A stretch of 64,000 nucleotides of DNA, taken from NCBI GenBank assembly GCA_963693365.1, contig CAVNZM010000008.1, forward strand, positions 8,064,818-8,128,817. The letters run 5' to 3'. Shown here one piece after another: positions 57,728-64,000 of the stretch (positions within the stretch are counted from its first letter, which is position 1; the number at the start of each line of letters is the position of its first letter). The stretch is from Amoebidium appalachense (lineage: Eukaryota; Protista; Ichthyosporea). The position numbers and the translations under genes are program-made. Below the pieces are notes generated by a model, which was not told where the DNA came from, did not search any database, and saw nothing but the letters and a program-made list of their open reading frames with translations.

Positions 57728-58535
57728 GGCCCGGGTCCACAGATCATCAAGATCAAGTCCGGGGCCTCAAGATAGCTGTACAGCTGCGTGCATCATCTTG
57801 CCTCTGCCGGCGCAGGGCAGGACCACGTCAGCTGGGGCAGCCGACCAATAGAATTCTAATTAGTGTGTAGGATAGATCGTAGGAGGACTTAGGAATGTGA
57901 TTGTTCGGGCAGAAGCCCTTTTGTAAGTATTGGCAAGGTTTGATAGTGTATGTTGCCAAACGTATTTATATATTTAGATGTAGAGGAAAGGGGGGAGGGA
58001 GGGGGGGGGGAGGATAGTATGAAATGTAGATTTAGACTCTGCGGTGCCACTAGGGGGAGGGTGAGGGGTGAGACATGGATAAATATATTGGTTTGAGTAG
58101 ATCGACTTAGCTCGTGCAGGCGCACGATAAAGTAGATCGGAATGTTTGGAATGTGGCATCGTAGGGGGGCCAGGTGATGATGATCTTTGAGGGCACGGCC
58201 TTGATGGCCTCAGTTGTGACTTAGCCTCATTCCGTACGGATCTAAGTTTTGCCCGTCGGAGCCTGGTCTGAATAAACTTTACCGTTTTTCCGTACACGTT
58301 CGTTCCTTTTCGTGTGTGTACACTTAGTAGAGTGCCGTGTCTCTAGTACATACACAATAGGATACGACAACCAGTTCCCGCGGGCGTTCCCATCGGCGAC
58401 CCTCCCTAGGAAGGGGGCCCAGCCCCCCTTCCCCTTGGGACCACACTGTCAGCCTGAGCCTCAAAGGCCCCCTTCCCCCGTGCAGCCGCCCCAGCAAGCT
58501 CCCCGGCCACCAGACCCCCCTGCCACCGTGGCCCA

Positions 58536-59548
58536 GTGTTTAGCGAGTGGCGTGCGGCGGTAATTTCGTCACTGCCTGGCAACCTGCGGCCCACTGGCCA
58601 GCAGCTGCCAGTGGTGGAGCAGCTCCTCAGTGCAAACACGTGGCGCGCATATCCAGCCGACGTAACCCAGTACCTCACCTTTTGCGCCACCCACGAGTTT
58701 GCCAAAGCCTGGCCCCTTACCGAACGCGTAGGTTTGGCTTATGCGGCTCACCTGCTAGCACGCCCGTACCACCCCAGCACGTTAGACTGCAAGTTTGCCG
58801 CCCTGCGCCAGGTACACCTGCTGTGGCACATTCCCTATTTGGACCAGGCCATCCTTGCAACCATCAAGAAGTCCTACGGCAGGGCCCACCAGACCACCAC
58901 CGCCACCCCGCCCGACCCAAAACGGTTTGACGTGTCCTGGGTCACCGGCCTGCTCATCGCACAGCTGGGCCGGCAGGACCCCGACGGTGACCGTTGGCTA
59001 GCGGGGGTGCTGTTGAGCTACCTGTATGGCCTACGGTGGAGCACCGCTGCTGCAGTACAGGTGGGGCACCTGACCTGGGGGGACCCCACCCCTACTCAGC
59101 CCGACGCCTCCACCTGACCTTTCGAACCATCAAGCAGGCAGCTGGCAAGCAGATTCGGCCCCCTGTGCGCCACCGCATGGTTCCCCCCATGTGCGCACAG
59201 CTGTTAATGCGCGCCTGCGCGCACGTCGGGCAGCCCACCAGCCCCCTCCTGCCGTGCCCCAACGCTACCAAGGCCGTCAGCTGGCTGCGCAGCGCAGTGC
59301 AGGCCCTCGGCGTGCTCCCCGCCCTGGCTACCGGCATTACATGGCACTGCCTCCGTCACGGCATGGTCGGCGCTGCTCGTGCAATCAGCATCCCCTTTGC
59401 AGGAGTCATCAAGCACCTGGGGGTGTGGGACCTCACCGGCCAAACCCCTGAGGCGAAGGACAACTACGGGTTGGGCCACTGCCCTACCCCCGATGACCAC
59501 GAGCACTTCAGCGACCTGCGCGAGTTGGACCCTGTGCGACTGTCGTAA
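58536..59548 (+). CDS. Tyrosine recombinase (phage-integrase-like), split by one frameshift at ~59077-59100
   Basis: N-terminal core-binding region (SANTWRAY...YLTFC...STLDCKFAALR). Catalytic set: R (LYGLRWS), K (RTIK), HxLR (TWHCLRHG), W (HLGVW), Y (KDNY). Joins listed ORFs 58536-59117 and 58994-59548. No ATG start. Confidence 0.85.
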
Positions 59549-59679
59549 ACGGTGCTCGAAAATGTACTGTATATCATGTAAAGTGTGGTGAATTTTGATC
59601 GACACTAATCTAGTGGGTTTTAGTTGTCGTTGCAGAGCAAAAATTCGTATAGTGGACGTAGGTAGCAAGTATAAGTTAT

Positions 59680-59853
59680 AAATGTCTGAATTGATTGGAC
59701 AATTCCATTTATTAACTTATTCTTCGGCCGTCTGATTGGGCCACAATGGTTATGTGGCCAATCAGCGGCCTGGTAGAGGAGGCTTATGGGTATATAAGCC
59801 GACCTTAGATCGGTCGTCTATTAGCATATTCCCCGTCGCCTCCTCTCTCATCG
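59680..59853 (+). repeat. Direct repeat A2
   Basis: Matches 56423-56620. Confidence 0.95.
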
Positions 59854-59935
59854 CCCACCCTCCCGCCCGCACATATTTTCTTTCCCCGTCGCAGCTTTCA
59901 AGCTTAATTCGACACACACACACACGCACGCACAC

Positions 59936-60056
<121 letters not shown>

Positions 60057-60126
60057 GCGCACGTGCACACCACACACACGCCTGCGTGCGCGGACGCATA
60101 CAACATAGATATCTGCACACGGGCAT

Positions 60127-60162
<36 letters not shown>

Positions 60163-61485
60163 GTGTGTGTGTGGGTGTCTGGGGGTGTGTGCTCCCTCGG
60201 TAGCAGTAGCTTCTAGTGGATTCGGTCCAGTGGGCCGAGTCGGGTTTGTGTATTTTGGGACGATTCGATCCGGTATTGTGTATTGTGAGTCGAGCCAATA
60301 AAGCAATGAAAAGCAAGTATAAGTTATACATCGTTGACATGTTAATGACAGTCAATCCCAGTATATACTATCTCGTTGAAGGGGACCATACCTTAGCGTG
60401 ACCGTGCATATAAATAATTTATGATAAATAAATAACAATTGATTCTTATCATGGCTATTTGGGTGCGCTTTTTGCCTTTACATGCTTTGGCTTTATGAAG
60501 CATTTATTTTTTTAAAACAGAAATTCATGTTGTTCGTAATGAATAGCCCCCCCTGCTCAGATCTTTGCCACCGACCTTTAGGTGCGCCGGCGCAGTGTGG
60601 CAGAACACGGCCCGGGTACCATATCAGGAGCGGGCAATTTTTGAATTCTCCCTCCCCGGCCCCGCCGGGGAAAATTTGAGGTTTTTGGACCTCAAAGAAG
60701 TCAAATCCTGCAAAATCCACTACCGGGAGGCCAAAAAGGGTGATTTTACAAAAAAGGAGGGACATACATGAAAAAGAGAAAATGGGCGAGTTCAGTGGGC
60801 TGCCGATAAGTATATTTCGTGCTGGGCCGGTATACATGCTGCCGTGGTTGTTGCTGTAGACGGCAGTATGGCATCGCATGTGTCACGTGACCTGCACGTG
60901 AATGCGACCATGTGCAGGCACTGAGTCTAGGGGGATTTGTATGTGTGTTTTGGAGCACCGACAAGGCAGAGCCAGGGTGAGGGATGTGTAAACATGGAGT
61001 TTAGGGAGATCGTGCTGCTATTGTAACATGTGCACAAAACAGCCACGTGCACCGGCACACTCCGGTGTACAGAACAATAATATGCACATGCGTCACTGTA
61101 ATATCATGTATGCGCATGCCGCACAAGGTTTAGGAGACCACCACAGTATATACTATTTTCTTTTGGTTGATATCCATGTAGGAATGGTGTGTTGCAGTTG
61201 TCATGATCAGCCTGAGGCAGGCACGTGCACTCACTGAATCACTAGAACTCATGAATAAAAAATACATTCGCTAAAAACGGCAAGGTAAATTTGGGGCCAA
61301 GCTATTATTTCCCCCTTTTAAACGTTTTTTTAGCTCCAAGAACTTCGACGCCAAAATTTCTATATTTGGCCATCGTATATGATAATGAACACGTGTACTT
61401 AAATTAAAGTAGTTATATAAATATGAGCGGCCCGTTACAAATACAGTGACGAAAAACAGTGACCCACGAGCAGTTTTTCTTTCTA

Positions 61486-61540
<55 letters not shown>

Positions 61541-62873
61541 ACACACACCAGACACACACACCACCACCACGGTGACCACCACCACCACCACCACCACCAC
61601 TCACCCCTTAAAAAAACCACACACATACGTGCACGTGTACACACACACACAGAACACCACCACCACCTCCACTGGACCCCATTTCCTCGTTGTTTTCTTA
61701 AGCCTTCAGACCAGTCCTGCACACTGGAGTTAAACAATTGAATTCACCTAGGCTGACATGCATCCACCCCCGCCTTCCACTTCCCTCCCCCCCCACCCCC
61801 CTCCCCCCACCCCCCCCCACCCCCACCCCCTCCCCCTCGATGAAGAAGGGCCCCCGTAAGCCTTGGGGGGGGGGGGGGGGAGGGGGGGGGAGAGGGGAAG
61901 GGGGGAGCTCTTGAGCCTCCGGGTAGGGAAGTGGGGTCCGGGGATCCGGAGAGGGAGGGGGGGGGGGGGGGGGGGGGGGGGAAGGGGCATATAATATTGG
62001 GCCTAGATATCATAGTATGGGGCCCCGGGGGAGGGAGAGGTGGGGGGGGAGGGGGGAGGATCCACGGGAAAGACCTTTAGGTGCATGTTCTTATTTATAC
62101 CCCCTTCGAATCATCCCCCCTCTCCCCCCCCCTCCCCCCCCCCTGAGTGCAGGCCGTGACGTAGCTACGATAACCCTGCAGAAGGCAACAAAAATGTATT
62201 AATTACTAGCACTATACATGTGTTCATAGTGCAGCTTGCACCACGTATGATCTCAGCAACTTTAAAGTAGTCACAAAGTTTAGTTATTTTCATTATTTTC
62301 ATTGCTCTGAACTCTATTACTCTGAAATGATCACCGTGCATGTGCCGCAAGATAACAACCCTATATGTGTGCAGCTGCTGCCTGCAGGTTAGACTCGCTG
62401 AAAAGACAATTGTCAGTGTGCATCCGACGCTTGCAGCTGCAGCTAGCCTCTGCAACATTAATACTTGCCAAGTGAATGCTCTTACACTTGATCATCATTC
62501 ACTCAAAAAACCGAGGACCGACAGATTAAATATTAATGTCGATCCGAATGATCAGCAAGTGTCTATGCGTACTACTATATATACACACACGTAAAATGCG
62601 AAGCTATCAGTTACAAGGCACACCTGCTGCACTGGCACACATACACATACACACCGGCAGATCGATGCTGTCAAAATTTACTTTCATGTACTTCGTAGGT
62701 CCGACACAGGTGCACATGAACACGTACATATGTACAAGCCGCGCACACACCACACCACACATACACACACACACACACACACTCACACACACACACGCAC
62801 ACACGCACACACGCACACACGCACACACGCACGCACGCACGCACACACACACACACACGCACGCACGCGCGCG

Positions 62874-62935
<62 letters not shown>

Positions 62936-63368
62936 GACACACACACACACACACACATCACTGGGTGCGCTCGCTGGGGATTAGTTTTTTGGCACGCTGT
63001 TGACTTTATCGTGTGTTTATTATTTGCTATTTATTGGCCAGCGGCCAACATTTAAAAATATACTATATACCTAAAAATAGATACTGACTACGGCCAGCAG
63101 ACATTATACACCTTCCAGGACACATTAACACCAATAGTCTAACACACCATACTCTCGATCACAAAGAATTCCTAACAAACAGAGAAAAGTGCAAAGGCTC
63201 TGTACTATTACTCAGATTCTAAATTTTAATTCTTTACAGTAAACTTCGGAATGAAAGCTAGCCCCCCCCCCCCCCCCCTCCCCCCCTAACATGACTGTAC
63301 GAAGAACAGGTATAACTTGAAGCACTACAACACATATGAGATCCGTTACATTGGTGTACATTCCAATA

Positions 63369-64000
63369 TTAGACACTAGTTTGGCTACTCTGACTACTCT
63401 GAGATCCTGATTGGCTGCCTGCAGACTTGCGGCCACGATTACTTTGCTTTCGATCGTGCCATTGCAGCTGCGTCTCTCCAGCAGGTGGCAACGCCAGGCC
63501 CAGCACAGCAGATGCACGAGAAGGGGGTGGGAACTGCCCACCAGCCGAGGGCTGGCCCACATGGCCCAAGTAAGGATGGGGACCGTGCTGCGGCAGTAGC
63601 CCAGGCATGGGGAAGGCAGGGCCGGGCTGAGGCGGCATGATGCCCCACGGTGGGGGCCAGCCATGTGGGTGGTGCGGGCCTGGATGGGGTGCAGGGGGCA
63701 TGTGCGGCACATGGCCCTGCTGCATGTCAAGCGCGGGTGCTGGTGGCATGGCATCCTGATTGGCTGCAACCCAACGTGGGCAGCTCTTGGCCCGATTGGA
63801 GCCGGGGCAGCCCTTGCCCTGGCGGCCACACGTCTTGCAGGTCTTGGGGGCTCTCTGGGGTGGCTGCATAGGAGGGGGCACCGGCAAATCCATCTGCAGG
63901 GGCCCCTCAGGGCCAATGTTGCGATGCTTTTTGCCCACTAGCATGGGCAAGGGCCGCTCACGCTGCGCCCCTGCATCGACACCGTCTGGAACAGGGAGGG
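63369..64000 (-). CDS. C-terminal part of an unknown protein with a C-x2-C-x6-C-x8-C motif and Pro/His-rich tail (continues beyond the window)
   Basis: Frame stays open from the window edge to the stop at 63369. GC-rich, free of microsatellites; motif RAPKTCKTCGRQGKGCPGSNRAKSC. Confidence 0.6.
   Translation of the reverse strand, partial: LPVPDGVDAGAQRERPLPMLVGKKHRNIGPEGPLQMDLPVPPPMQPPQRAPKTCKTCGRQGKGCPGSNRAKSCPRWVAANQDAMPPAPALDMQQGHVPHMPPAPHPGPHHPHGWPPPWGIMPPQPGPAFPMPGLLPQHGPHPYLGHVGQPSAGGQFPPPSRASAVLGLALPPAGETQLQWHDRKQSNRGRKSAGSQSGSQSSQSSQTSV

Noticed and set aside
56423-59853. Classical LTR retrotransposon reading of the direct repeats
   Set aside because: No TSD, primer-binding site or DDE integrase seen; the tyrosine recombinase and the extra B repeat indicate split-direct-repeat architecture.
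60540-60960. GC-rich segment resembling a transposon end
   Set aside because: No matching inverted or direct partner within the window.

Overview
Eukaryotic, intron-rich DNA in which most listed ORFs are artefacts of poly-C/poly-G runs and microsatellites. I reconstructed the genes exon by exon from splice signals and reading phase. (1) The 3' part of a hybrid histidine kinase (HATPase + receiver) on + at 465-6256. (2) A probable two-coding-exon bZIP-like gene on - at 10644-12435. (3) A complete 25-exon O-GlcNAc transferase (OGT) on - at 16833-36579, with animal/opisthokont-type catalytic motifs. (4) A 13-exon paralogous hybrid kinase on - at 41190-53059, with an N-terminal MEDS-like sensor, a domain mainly known from prokaryotes. 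Mobile DNA includes a pogo/Tc1-type MITE, a hAT-type MITE with an 8-bp TSD, and a 3.9-kb tyrosine-recombinase element with Ngaro/PAT-style split direct repeats but no recognisable reverse transcriptase. Other notable observations are C-runs placed just after weak splice donors, a uniformly oriented repeat family concentrated in OGT introns, duplicated decoy acceptors in OGT, and an orphan WD40-like exon in the last OGT intron. Several homopolymer frameshifts are probably long-read errors. The organism may be a unicellular opisthokont/holozoan (inference only). All family assignments come from motif recognition, not database searches.
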